Shown here: positions 10,206 through 19,927 of the stretch, piece after piece
How the letters are laid out: each line of letters starts with the position of its first letter
Numbering within the stretch: position 1 is the stretch's first letter
NCBI GenBank assembly: GCA_963735875.1
Contig: CAVTMO010000010.1
Span: 27,095 to 91,094, forward strand
Reading direction: 5' to 3'
Source of the DNA: an uncultured Acidobacteriota bacterium
GTDB taxonomy: Bacteria > Acidobacteriota > Vicinamibacteria > Vicinamibacterales > UBA2999
DNA: 64,000 bases
The notes under the pieces: model-generated
Told to the model about the DNA's origin: nothing
Database searches by the model: none
The model's input: the letters and a program-made list of their open reading frames with translations, nothing else
Position numbers and translations under genes: made by a program

Positions 10206-10820
10206 CTACTTGGGGACGACCACCTGATAGCCGGTGGCGGCCTTCTGGTAGTACGTCGTGCCGCACTGCGAGTAGGTGGCGCCGCCGACGTTCGCCGGTT
10301 TGCAGCCCGCTGGCAGGGTCGTGATGATCGCGCCGGGCGGCGGCGGCACCGCCTGGTAGGCCACCTCGCCACCGTCGATTACCCGCGCGTAGTAGGTGCC
10401 TTCGCTGTACATGTACGTCGTCGGCCCCACCACGACGGTCGTCGACTGCGCCGGCGGCTTCGAGAGCATCGTCCCGATGGCAACCCCGGCGGCGACACCA
10501 ACCGCGACGCCGGCAGCGGTCTTCCAGGCGTCGTCGTCGTCGTAGCGCTCGCCGGCCACGACGCCACCGTGGCGGCCGACGGCCGCGGCGCCTTCTTCAC
10601 CGACGGCGACGGCGCCGCCGCCCCGCCTGACGGCCGCGGCGTCGCCGTCCTCGCTGACCGCCACCGCCCCGCGGCGGCCCACGGCGACGCTGGCTTCTTC
10701 GCCTTGAGCCACCGTCCCACGGCGCGCGGCTCGCACCTGCTCCGCCTGCACGGTGGAGGCCAGGGTCACGACGCCCGCTACGACCACGGCACCCGTTCTG
10801 AGCAATCGACTGACCTGCAT
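10206..10820 (-). CDS. Secreted protein with Gly/Ala/Val repeats, a glycine zipper and a DUF6515-like C-terminus
   Basis: Signal peptide VQA; repeated AVAV(G/S)ExG and AAAV(G/R)RxG units; AAGVAVGVAAGVAIG; Tyr-rich tail LPAGC...YSQCGTTYY. Confidence 0.7.
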   Translation of the reverse strand: MQVSRLLRTGAVVVAGVVTLASTVQAEQVRAARRGTVAQGEEASVAVGRRGAVAVSEDGDAAAVRRGGGAVAVGEEGAAAVGRHGGVVAGERYDDDDAWKTAAGVAVGVAAGVAIGTMLSKPPAQSTTVVVGPTTYMYSEGTYYARVIDGGEVAYQAVPPPPGAIITTLPAGCKPANVGGATYSQCGTTYYQKAATGYQVVVPK

Positions 10821-10865
10821 GGCAGTACTCCGCTTCTGACGTGTGCGCCTGTTGGGCGCACGAGT

Positions 10866-11690
10866 CTACTTGGTCGCCGGCGCACCCATGGCCTTGGCCG
10901 GATCTTTCTTCAACTCGTCCTTGGGAATCCGCTCCACCATCGGCACCTGCTCGTAGCCCTGGGGGACGTTGGCGACGAACCGCTGGTCGGCCACCTCGGG
11001 CTGCAGGTTCCACTCACTGAACACCAGGCGTGTGGCCGGCTGGCCGGGCTCCTGCTTGTAGGTGATCTGCGCCTGGCAGGGCACCATCGGCACCGTGGTG
11101 GTCATCGACAGCGTGAAGTCCGCGGCCGGGGTCGTGTAGGACACCTCTTCGCACGTGCGGCCATCGGCGGTGAACCGCCTGACCCACCCGCCTTTGGCTT
11201 CCTTGTCGGCGAACGAGTCGTACGGAGAGCTGTAGAGCAGGTCGGCGACGGCCACCCTGAGGTTGTAGCGCTGACTCATCAGGTCGAACATCTCGTCGAG
11301 GCTCGCTGGCGCCTTGACGGTGCCGTAGACCTTCTGCGTGTCGCCGACGATGGTGACGGCGGCGCCGTCGTAGGTGACGGTGACGTTGCGCTCGTCCGAG
11401 CCGGTGGTGTGCATCCAGAGGCGGTCGGGCCGCCGGATCGTCACCTCCCGGTTCAGCGTGTAGGGCTGCTTCTCCCCGTTCCTGAGCACCTTGTCGTGCG
11501 ACTCGGCAACCTTGAACGACAGGGCTGGAGCGGCCTTCAGCGAGTCGCTCAGCCGGCGCAGCAGCTCGTCGCCGCGCGCCGCGGCCTCTTCGGGTGTGGC
11601 GGGATCGCGCTGGCCCGAGCACGCCGTCAGCACGACCAGCGCGACGACCACGAGCCCGCGCGGAACGACGCCTGGGTTGAACGCCATCAT
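10866..11690 (-). CDS. DUF2092-family lipoprotein (LolA-like fold)
   Basis: Lipobox LTA-C; IRRPDRL, YDGAAVT, ADLLYSSPY, FSEWNLQP. Confidence 0.75.
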   Translation of the reverse strand: MMAFNPGVVPRGLVVVALVVLTACSGQRDPATPEEAAARGDELLRRLSDSLKAAPALSFKVAESHDKVLRNGEKQPYTLNREVTIRRPDRLWMHTTGSDERNVTVTYDGAAVTIVGDTQKVYGTVKAPASLDEMFDLMSQRYNLRVAVADLLYSSPYDSFADKEAKGGWVRRFTADGRTCEEVSYTTPAADFTLSMTTTVPMVPCQAQITYKQEPGQPATRLVFSEWNLQPEVADQRFVANVPQGYEQVPMVERIPKDELKKDPAKAMGAPATK

Positions 11691-11734
11691 GATGACCCCC
11701 TGCAGGATTCTCGCACTGATTGGCGCTCGCTGAA

Positions 11735-12679
11735 TCAGGGAAGCTTGATCGGCTTGAGCGGCAACGACAGGGTAATGTTGAACTCGCTGCCCTGCGCGTT
11801 GGTCCTGGCGTACACTTCCCACTGGTAGTTCAACTTCAGGAACCCGTACAACACCCCGCCGCGGGCGAGCGCCAGCGAGACCTCCGGGCCAAGCGCGAAG
11901 ACCGTGTTCTTGCCGCGCACGAGGATGGCGGGCACGCCCTCGATCTCGTCCTCGGCGAGCTTGAACGACGCGTAGTAGGCGAGGCCGGCCGTGAGGCCGC
12001 CGCTGAGGAAATCGCCGCCGACGCCGCCCTCGAAGTTCAGCGCCGTGCCGACATGAGTCTCGGTGTCCTCCTTCTTCGACTGGAAGGTGAGGCTGGCCAG
12101 CGTCGCCGCGTGATACTGCTTCGCGGCGTTGAGGTACACGGTCGTGCCGAGCGACAGTTCCTGGCCCCACATGCCCAGGCCGGTGTTGTCGGTGGCGCCG
12201 CTCTCGAAGCGACCCGTCGGCACGAACAGGGTGTAGCCGGCGACGGCGTCGGCACGGCTGAAGTGCCACCCGAGGCTGACCGGCTGGATGACGCCGTCGG
12301 TGAGCCCGTTGCCCGGGTTGGCGTCGATCTCAGGGCCCTGGAGGCGGTTGTTGGCCCACACCGGAAGCAGCACCTGGAAGCCGTAGTTGGCGCCGAAGAT
12401 CTTCTTGCTGGTCACCTTCATCACGCCGCCGCCGTAGACGACGCTGGTCAGGTCCGCATCGAAGCGGAACTCGTTGCCGTCGCGGTCCCTGAGCGTGTCG
12501 GAGTTGTAGACGTAGATCAGCGGCAGGATGGCGTACCAATGGGGCGGAGGCTGGGACCCCGACTTCAGTCCCACCGTTCCCTTGATGTGCTGGGTGTTCA
12601 GCTGCGCGTCCACCGTCGACACGCTGGTCCCACACAGCAGCAGGCTGGCCGCCGCTGTCCGCCACGTCGAGTGCTTCAC
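11735..12679 (-). CDS. SphA/Phenol_MetA_deg-family outer-membrane beta-barrel transporter
   Basis: Signal peptide; SGSQPPP, GLTD...QPVSLGWH, VPTGRF, ALGPE; amphipathic strands. Confidence 0.75.
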   Translation of the reverse strand: MKHSTWRTAAASLLLCGTSVSTVDAQLNTQHIKGTVGLKSGSQPPPHWYAILPLIYVYNSDTLRDRDGNEFRFDADLTSVVYGGGVMKVTSKKIFGANYGFQVLLPVWANNRLQGPEIDANPGNGLTDGVIQPVSLGWHFSRADAVAGYTLFVPTGRFESGATDNTGLGMWGQELSLGTTVYLNAAKQYHAATLASLTFQSKKEDTETHVGTALNFEGGVGGDFLSGGLTAGLAYYASFKLAEDEIEGVPAILVRGKNTVFALGPEVSLALARGGVLYGFLKLNYQWEVYARTNAQGSEFNITLSLPLKPIKLP

Positions 12680-12707
12680 CCGTTGCTCCTCTCGGTTCCC
12701 GGCGTCG

Positions 12708-13745
12708 TCATTGCGGGAACACGGCGCGCCAGTCGTCTTTCATGCTGACGACGGTCCAGCGCCTGGAGTTGGCTTCGTCGAGTGCGGTGTCGAGCTTGCC
12801 GATGGCCGACGTCCGGTCGTAGGCGACCTCGCGGGCGCCGTCGGTGTGGTGCACGAGGCCCATGAAGCGGGCGCCGGGGCCGGCCGCCGTCCACTCGAGC
12901 ATCTGCTTGTCGCCGTCGGAGTTGCCGAAGGCGAAGATCGGCCGCCGGCCGATGGCGCGGTGGATCCCCGCCGGCTTGCCTTCGCCGTCGTCGATGAAGT
13001 CCACCTCGGCCAGCTTGAGCAACACCGGCTGGCCCTGGCGCATCTCCCACTTCACCTTGCCGATGCTGCCGACGACGTGATCGGGCGGGATGCCGTAGAC
13101 CCGCTCGGTCCAGGGGCGCATGAAGTCCACCCCGCCGCCGGAGACGATGTACACGGCAAAGCCATTGGCGCGCAGGTAGGCCAGCAGCTCCAGCATCGGC
13201 TGATAGACCATCTCGGTGTACAGCCGCTTGGTCTGCGGATGCCGGGCCGTGGTGATCCACTCGCGCACGGTGCGCTCGAACTCGTCGGTCGTCATGCCGG
13301 CATGGGTCGCCGCGATGATCGCCATCACGCTGCGCTCGCCCCCGGCAAGCGCCGCCTTGATGTCGCCCTTCAGCACCGAGGCGAACGGTTCCTTGCCGGT
13401 CCACTCGGGATGTTGCGGCGCCATCGCCTTCACCCGATCGAGCGCGAAGGCGAACTGCACGTAGATCGGCTGCTCGCTCCACAGCGTGCCGTCGTTGTCG
13501 AACACGGCCACCCGTTCGGCAGGCTCCCGGTAGTCAGCCCCGCCCTTGGCAACCGTGCGCGAGATGAAGTCGACGATGGCCTTCTTGACCGGCCCGTCGT
13601 TCCACGACGGCAGCGCATCGGTCGGCTGGGCCTGGACGGCCGCCGCCAGGCAGGCTGCCGCGCTCAGTGCGACGGCGAGTCGTTGTATTCGGCGAGTTGC
13701 TGGCACTGCGGGTGTCCGGGTGGTGAGCGGTGAACGTTCGCACAT
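12708..13745 (-). CDS. Secreted HAD-family phosphatase (NapD-like)
   Basis: LPSWNDG, motif I FDNDGTLW, YIVSGG, K in EGKP, motif IV FGNSDGD; signal peptide. Confidence 0.88.
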   Translation of the reverse strand: MCERSPLTTRTPAVPATRRIQRLAVALSAAACLAAAVQAQPTDALPSWNDGPVKKAIVDFISRTVAKGGADYREPAERVAVFDNDGTLWSEQPIYVQFAFALDRVKAMAPQHPEWTGKEPFASVLKGDIKAALAGGERSVMAIIAATHAGMTTDEFERTVREWITTARHPQTKRLYTEMVYQPMLELLAYLRANGFAVYIVSGGGVDFMRPWTERVYGIPPDHVVGSIGKVKWEMRQGQPVLLKLAEVDFIDDGEGKPAGIHRAIGRRPIFAFGNSDGDKQMLEWTAAGPGARFMGLVHHTDGAREVAYDRTSAIGKLDTALDEANSRRWTVVSMKDDWRAVFPQ

Positions 13746-13813
13746 CGAATGACACTCCTGTGCGCGACGAGAGGTAGCACTGTACAACGGTCGCCGGCGA
13801 CGAAGAATTACCG

Positions 13814-13829
13814 AGCGAGCACGGTGCCA
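13814..13829 (-). promoter_or_regulatory. Sigma54 promoter for the HAD-to-DcaP operon
   Basis: TGGCAC-CGTGC-TCGCT, GG-N10-GC, about 70 bp upstream of ATG 13745. Confidence 0.55.
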
Positions 13830-13910
13830 CGCCGGCTCGGCAGTAGTGGCGGTGAACGGGCGCAACCGTTGTCGTCCGACACGGGTACAATCGCGTGCGC
13901 AGGAGGAGCC

Positions 13911-14894
13911 ATGTCGGTCGAAGAGCCATCTGTTGAGTCCACCGCCGCTCCAGGCTCAGGCACTCCGCCGTTTCCCGACATGACCTGGATCCCGTCCACC
14001 ACCTATCGCATGGGGTCGGACAAGCACTACCCGGAGGAGCGCCCGGTGCACCGCGTCGCGGTGGACGGGTTCTGGATCGATCGCTTTCCGGTGACCAACG
14101 AGCGCTTCGCCCGCTTCATCGAGGCGACCGGGCACACGACCTTCGCGGAAATTCCGCCCGACCCGGCGCAGTACCCCGGCGCCTTGCCGCACATGCTCTA
14201 CGCCGGGTCGCTGGTGTTCACCCGGCCGACCGGTCCGGTCGATCGCCGCAACATCGGGCACTGGTGGACGTTCGAGCGCGGCGCCGACTGGCGTCATCCG
14301 CAAGGACCGTCGACGTCGATTGCCGGACGGGAGCGCCATCCGGTGGTGCACGTCGCTTTCGCCGACGCCGAGGCGTTCGCCGCGTGGGAAGGCAAGTCGC
14401 TGCCGACCGAGGCGGAGTGGGAACTGGCCGCCCGCGGCGGACTCGACGGGGCCCCCTATGCATGGGGCGACGAGTTCCTCCCGGGCAACCGCCACATGGC
14501 CAACACGTGGCAAGGCGAGTTCCCGTGGCAGGCTCTCAACGGCGACGGCTTCGAAGGCACCTCACCGGTCGACGCCTTCCCGCCCAACGGCTACGGCCTC
14601 TACGACATGATCGGCAACGTCTGGGAGTGGACCACCGACTGGTACGTCGCCAGTCATCCCGCCGACGAGGCCAAGGCGTGCTGCACGCCGCAGAACCCGC
14701 GCGGGCCGAAGGAGGGCGACAGCTACGATTCGCGCGAGCCCGACATCCGCATCCCCCGCAAGGTGATCAAGGGCGGCTCGCACCTGTGCGCGCCGAGCTA
14801 CTGCCGCCGTTATCGTCCGGCCGCGCGCTTCCCTGAGCCGGTCGACACCTCCACGGCACACCTCGGCTTCCGGTGCATCGTGCGCGGACGATGA
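13911..14894 (+). CDS. Formylglycine-generating enzyme (SUMF1 family)
   Basis: LPTEAEWE, NGYGLYDMIGNVWEW, catalytic KGGSHLCAPSYCRRYRPAAR, HLGFRC; AGGAGG RBS. Confidence 0.93.
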   Translation: MSVEEPSVESTAAPGSGTPPFPDMTWIPSTTYRMGSDKHYPEERPVHRVAVDGFWIDRFPVTNERFARFIEATGHTTFAEIPPDPAQYPGALPHMLYAGSLVFTRPTGPVDRRNIGHWWTFERGADWRHPQGPSTSIAGRERHPVVHVAFADAEAFAAWEGKSLPTEAEWELAARGGLDGAPYAWGDEFLPGNRHMANTWQGEFPWQALNGDGFEGTSPVDAFPPNGYGLYDMIGNVWEWTTDWYVASHPADEAKACCTPQNPRGPKEGDSYDSREPDIRIPRKVIKGGSHLCAPSYCRRYRPAARFPEPVDTSTAHLGFRCIVRGR

Positions 14895-16250
14895 CACTCG
14901 AACGACCGACGGCGCTCGATCGCGGGCTTCGAATCTTCGCCGACGTCCGCAGCGGCGAGGGACTGCTCGCAGTCTTGCTGGCGCTGAACGTCTTTCTCAT
15001 CCTCACCACCTACTACATCCTGAAGCCAGTGCGCGAAGCCCTGATCCTCGGCCAGGGCTCGCCCGAGCTGAAGACCTACCTGTCGGTGGGTCAGGTCGGC
15101 GCTGCTCGCCGTGGCCGTGCCGTACTACGGCCGGCTGGCGGCGCGGCTGAACCGGCGCGCGCTGCTGAACGTGGTCACGTATTTCTTCGTCGCCTGCCTG
15201 GTCGCGTTCTACGTGCTGGGCCGTGCCGGCTTCCCGGTGGGCATCGCCTACTTCCTGTGGATCGGCGTGTTCAACCTGATGATCGTCGCGCAGTTCTGGT
15301 CGTTCGCCAACGACCTCTACAGCCGCGAGGAAGGCGAGCGGCTGTTCCCGATCGTCGGCTTCGGTGCGTCGCTCGGCGCCGTGCTGGGCTCGCTCATCGC
15401 CGGCCAGCTCATCGAGCCGCTGGGCGTGTATCAACTGCTGCTGGTCGGGGCCGCGCTGCTCGCGCTTCAACTCCAGGTGACCAACTACGTCGATCGGGAG
15501 ATGTCGGAACACGACGAGGCACCGAAGCCGCCGACCAAGAAGGAGGAGACGCCCAAGCCGGGGACCAATGCCTTCGCCATGGTGTTCCGCACGCCCTACC
15601 TGCTGCTCATCGCCATGATGCTGATGCTGAACGCCACCGTCGACGCCACCGGCGAGTACATCCTCGGCAGCATCGTCACCGATGGCGCCCAGGCGCAGGT
15701 CGCCGCCGGCGGCTCCGGGGGGCTGGGCGTCGAGGCCGTGATCGGTGGCTTCTACTCCCGGTACTACTTCCTCATCAACACCACCAGCCTGCTGCTGCAG
15801 CTCTTCGTGGTGTCGCGCATCGTCAAGTATCTCGGCGTGTCGACCGCGGTCACCATCCTGCCGGCGCTGTCGCTCATGGCCTACGGCGTCATGTCGTTCC
15901 TGCCGGTGCTGGGGGTGGTGCAGGCCGCCAAAGTGGCCGAGAAGGGCACCGACTACTCGCTCAGCAACACCGTGCGCAACATGCTGTTCCTGCCGTGCAC
16001 GCGCGAGGAGAAGTACAGCGCCAAGCAGGCCATCGATTCGTTCTTCTTCCGCAGTGGCGACGTGATCTCCGCCCTCATCGTCTTCGTGGGCACGTCGATC
16101 GGCCTGACCGCGTCGGGCTTCGCCAAGCTGAACCTGGCGCTGGCCGTGGCCTTCATCACCGTGGCCGTCATGGTCGGCCGCGCCTACGTGGGCCGGAAGA
16201 GCAAGCCGACCGTGGCGGTGCGGACGGCGCCCAGGCTGGCGCCCGCCTGA
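14891..16250 (+). CDS. NTT/TLC-family nucleotide transporter-like protein (frameshift near 15100)
   Basis: YYILKPVREALI, QFWSFANDLYSREEGERLF, DYSLSNTVRNMLF, KYSAKQAID..FFRSGD; ATGA overlap with the FGE gene. Confidence 0.78.
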
Positions 16251-16293
16251 CCAGGAGGCGGCGCGGACGAGTGGCGCGACGCCAGTGCGACGA

Positions 16294-17214
16294 TCAGACG
16301 TCGCAGAGCACGACCGCCTCACGCAGCGACGTCAGCGGATCGCGCACCGGCACGAACTCGTGGGCCAGGTAGCCGGTGAACCCGGTGGCGACGATGGCCC
16401 GGCAGACCGCCGCCCACTGCAGCTCCTGGGTGTCGTCGAGCTCGTGGCGGCCCGGCACGCCGCCGGTGTGGTAGTGGGCGATGAGCGGGTGGTGCTGCTG
16501 GATCGTCCGGATGACATCACCCTCCATGATCTGCATGTGGTAGATGTCGTAGAGCAGCTTCACGCGCGGCGAGTTCACCGCCGACACCACCTCCACGCCG
16601 AAGGCGGTGCGATCGCCGTGGTAGTCGGGGTGGTTCACCTTGCTGTTCAGCAGCTCGACGCAGATCGTGATGCCGTGCTGCTCGGCGGCGCCCTTGAGCC
16701 GATTGAGCCCGGTCACGCAGTGATCGATCGCCTCGCGGTCGCTGCGGCCCTGGCGGTTGCCGAAGAACGTGATCAGGTTCGGCACGCCGAGCGCCGCCGC
16801 CTTGGGCATGGCGGCGGTGAGGTTGCCGACGATGGCATCGTGGTTCGCCGGGTTGTTGAGCCCGTCGCGGATGGTGCCGCCGCCGCCGTAGCCCATCGAG
16901 CACACCAGGCCGAATTCGCGCACCACCGGCCAGTCCGCGGCCTCGAGCAGATCGATCGCCGGCACGCCCATCGCGGCCACGGCCTTGCACAAGTCGGGAA
17001 GGGCAATCTTCTGATAGCACCAGCGGCTCACCGACTGGCGAAGCCGCCCGCGGGTCACCGCACGCGCCGCGGCTGCCGTCTGCGCGTGCACTGTGGGTGC
17101 CGCGGTCGCCACGCCGGCCAGCGCCAGTGACGCGGCCGCGCGAAGCGCGTCGCGGCGGGTTACCAGGGCTGCGCCATCCGGGCGTGAGGCGGCATTCCGC
17201 ACGGCGCCGTGCAT
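16294..17214 (-). CDS. Tat-exported hydroxypyruvate isomerase-family TIM barrel
   Basis: TRRDAL Tat motif; ELLNSKVNHPDY, LLYDIYHMQIMEGD, HYHTGGVPGRHE. Confidence 0.85.
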   Translation of the reverse strand: MHGAVRNAASRPDGAALVTRRDALRAAASLALAGVATAAPTVHAQTAAAARAVTRGRLRQSVSRWCYQKIALPDLCKAVAAMGVPAIDLLEAADWPVVREFGLVCSMGYGGGGTIRDGLNNPANHDAIVGNLTAAMPKAAALGVPNLITFFGNRQGRSDREAIDHCVTGLNRLKGAAEQHGITICVELLNSKVNHPDYHGDRTAFGVEVVSAVNSPRVKLLYDIYHMQIMEGDVIRTIQQHHPLIAHYHTGGVPGRHELDDTQELQWAAVCRAIVATGFTGYLAHEFVPVRDPLTSLREAVVLCDV

Positions 17215-17284
17215 CTTACTCCGGGAGACGGCGGAGCGGCCGCGCGCGGGCCTGACCGCAGGCGCGGGTGGCGTCGGTTTAGCG

Positions 17285-17782
17285 TCAGAAGGGGTCCGCG
17301 GAGGCAATCTCGCCTTCCTGCACCTCACGGTCGAAGCTGCCCCGATCGTCGGTCTGGAAGCTGGCGACGACGCGGTCGTCGATGGCCAGGTGCAGCGTCG
17401 CGCGTGGCGGCAGCCCCATGACGTCCACCTCGATCTCGGTGCGGCGATCGGCGCGACCCCTGGCCGGGATCTCGAGCTCGACCTCGCCGATCACCCGGCG
17501 TCCCCGCCGGTCGGAGAGCGCCGCGTCTTTCTCGATGTTGCCAAGCGCATCGACGCGCGATCGGAACTCCCCGGTCAGCAGCGTCGTGCCGCCGCCGTCA
17601 CGAATCTCGACGATGTGGGCCTCCGAAACGTCGCCGAACGCCACACCGGGCGCTCGCGGGCCGGCGCCGACCAGGATCGGCAACGTGACAGCGCCCGCAA
17701 TCAAGAGGCCGCACGACACGGTGATGATGGCCAGCAACCGTCGCTCGGTGGACGCGTCGGTCGCGCGTGATCGTGGCGCCAT
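17285..17782 (-). CDS. Hypothetical single-TM protein
   Basis: GGAGG RBS before ATG 17782; N-terminal TM and beta-rich remainder. Confidence 0.6.
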   Translation of the reverse strand: MAPRSRATDASTERRLLAIITVSCGLLIAGAVTLPILVGAGPRAPGVAFGDVSEAHIVEIRDGGGTTLLTGEFRSRVDALGNIEKDAALSDRRGRRVIGEVELEIPARGRADRRTEIEVDVMGLPPRATLHLAIDDRVVASFQTDDRGSFDREVQEGEIASADPF

Positions 17783-17923
17783 GACAACCTCCCGCAGCTG
17801 TTCCGTCGCGGCGCGGGGGCGACGTCGCCGATCGATCGCTTCAGCCAGCCTACCGCATTGGGCGCCGCCGGGCCAGCGCGCCAGCTGGAAGCCCGGAGCG
17901 CCAGCCACTGAGCGCGCCGCGGA

Positions 17924-19927
17924 TCATCGCGCCCCCAAAGTCCCGAGCAGGGTCTCCAGATCCGGCAAGTGGACCGGCTTGGTCATGTGGCCATCACAGC
18001 CGGCCTCCCGCGACCGGGCCTTGTCGTCGTCCTGCCCCCATCCCGTCAGGGCGATGATGATCACGTCGCGGCCGAGCGGCAATGCGCGGAGGCGGCGGGT
18101 GGCCTGGTAGCCGTCGACGAACGGCATGCCGACGTCCATCAGGATCACGTCGGGCCGGTACAGCAGCGCCTCGTCGATGGCCTGGAGGCCGTCGTGGGCC
18201 GTGCGCACCTCGTTGCCGAGCAGCTCGAGCATCGTCGCCATCGATGCGGCCGCGTCGCGATTGTCGTCGACCACCAGGATGCGCCGCCTGGCCTGCTCCG
18301 GCGATCCCTGATTTGCCTCACGCGGTCCCTCCGGCGGGAGGCTCGGCTCGATCACCGGCAGGGTCACGGTGAACGTGCTGCCGCGGCCCGCGCCGGGACT
18401 CGCCGCACTCACCGTCCCCCCGTGCATCCTGACCAGGCCATCGACCAGCGCCAGCCCGATGCCCAGTCCGCCCCGCGAGCGCTCGAGGCGCGGATCGACT
18501 TGAGAGAACATGCCGAAGACGGCGGCGAGGTCGTCGGTGGCGATGCCAATGCCGGTGTCATGCACCGACACGACGGCCTGGTCGGCGCGACGCACCACCT
18601 CGAGCGCGATTCGACCGCCCGGGTCGGTGTACTTGGCGCTGTTGGCGAGGAGGTTGCTGAAGACCTGGGACAGCCGGGTCAGGTCGCCGTCGAGGTGGAT
18701 GGGCTCGGCCGGCATCGACACCGTCAGGCGGTGCCCGGCCGCTTCGATGAGCGGTCGGGCGGTCTCGATGGCGCTGTTCACGACGTCGGCCAGCAGCAGG
18801 CGCGACCGTCGCAATTCCATCCGGTTGCGGCTGATCCGGGACACGTCGAGCAGGTCGTCGACCAGGCGCACCAGGTGGGTGAGCTGGCGTTCCATCATCG
18901 CGCGGGCCCGGGTCACTGTCGGCTCGTCCTTGGCCAGTCGGATCACCTGCAGGCCGTTGGCGAGGGGCGCCAGGGGATTGCGCAGCTCATGGGCGAGGAC
19001 GGCGAGAAACTCGTCCTTCTGGCGCTCGGCGGTGCGCATCGCCTCGTCGATCCGTTTCCGCTCCGAGACGTCCCGGGCGACCTTCGAGGCGCCGATGGCC
19101 CGGCCGGCGGCATCGCGAACCGGCGAGATCGTCACCGACAGATCGACCAGACGTCCGTCCTTGGCCCGTCGTTCGGTCTCGAAGTGCTCCACCCGCTCCC
19201 CGCGCCGCAACCGGTCCATGATCGCGTGCTCCTCGTCCTTGCGATCGGCGGGAATGATCAGGTCGATGCGCTGGCCGATAGCCTCGTCGGCGCTGTAGCC
19301 GAGGACGCGCTCGGCCTCGCGATTCCACGACTGGATCACCCCGTCGAGCGACTTGCTGATGATGATGTCCTGCGACGAATCGACGATCGCCGCCAGCCGC
19401 GAATGGGCCTCGATGCTGCGGCGCTGAAGCGTGATGTCGCGGAAACTCCACACCCTGCCGACGTTGCGGGCGTCGACCAGCTGGGGCCGTGAGAACCGCT
19501 CGAAGACCCGGCCATCAGCGAGTTCGAGCAGGTCGTAGGTCTCGGGCGGCGCCGTCTCGTAGATCGCGCGGATGCGCTCGAGGAATCCCGCGGCCTCGGC
19601 GAACCGACGGGCGACGACGTCGAGCAGGGCCTGATGCGTGCCGCCTTCGACCAGCGTCCGGGGCAGGCCCCACATCTCCAGGAACCTCTCGTTGAAGCCC
19701 GTGATGCCGCCCACGCCGTCGGTGACCAGGATGCCGTCGGTGGTCGATTCGAGCGTGGCGCGCAGCATCGCCAGCGACTGCGACAGCTGGGCGGTCCGTT
19801 GTTCGAGCGCCTGGTTCGCCTGCACCAGCGCCAGCTCGGCCCGCTGCCGCGCCTCGAGGATCGCCTTGGCGTTCTGCAGCGCCACCGACCGGAGGAGCGT
19901 TTCCTCAGCGTCGCCGGGCGTCGTCAC
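17924..19927 (-). CDS. Cytoplasmic PAS-PAS hybrid histidine kinase with C-terminal receiver
   Basis: Two PAS domains, [38 protein letters not shown] (VVDDN...MDVGMP...KPV); no TM. Confidence 0.95.
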   Translation of the reverse strand: MTTPGDAEETLLRSVALQNAKAILEARQRAELALVQANQALEQRTAQLSQSLAMLRATLESTTDGILVTDGVGGITGFNERFLEMWGLPRTLVEGGTHQALLDVVARRFAEAAGFLERIRAIYETAPPETYDLLELADGRVFERFSRPQLVDARNVGRVWSFRDITLQRRSIEAHSRLAAIVDSSQDIIISKSLDGVIQSWNREAERVLGYSADEAIGQRIDLIIPADRKDEEHAIMDRLRRGERVEHFETERRAKDGRLVDLSVTISPVRDAAGRAIGASKVARDVSERKRIDEAMRTAERQKDEFLAVLAHELRNPLAPLANGLQVIRLAKDEPTVTRARAMMERQLTHLVRLVDDLLDVSRISRNRMELRRSRLLLADVVNSAIETARPLIEAAGHRLTVSMPAEPIHLDGDLTRLSQVFSNLLANSAKYTDPGGRIALEVVRRADQAVVSVHDTGIGIATDDLAAVFGMFSQVDPRLERSRGGLGIGLALVDGLVRMHGGTVSAASPGAGRGSTFTVTLPVIEPSLPPEGPREANQGSPEQARRRILVVDDNRDAAASMATMLELLGNEVRTAHDGLQAIDEALLYRPDVILMDVGMPFVDGYQATRRLRALPLGRDVIIIALTGWGQDDDKARSREAGCDGHMTKPVHLPDLETLLGTLGAR

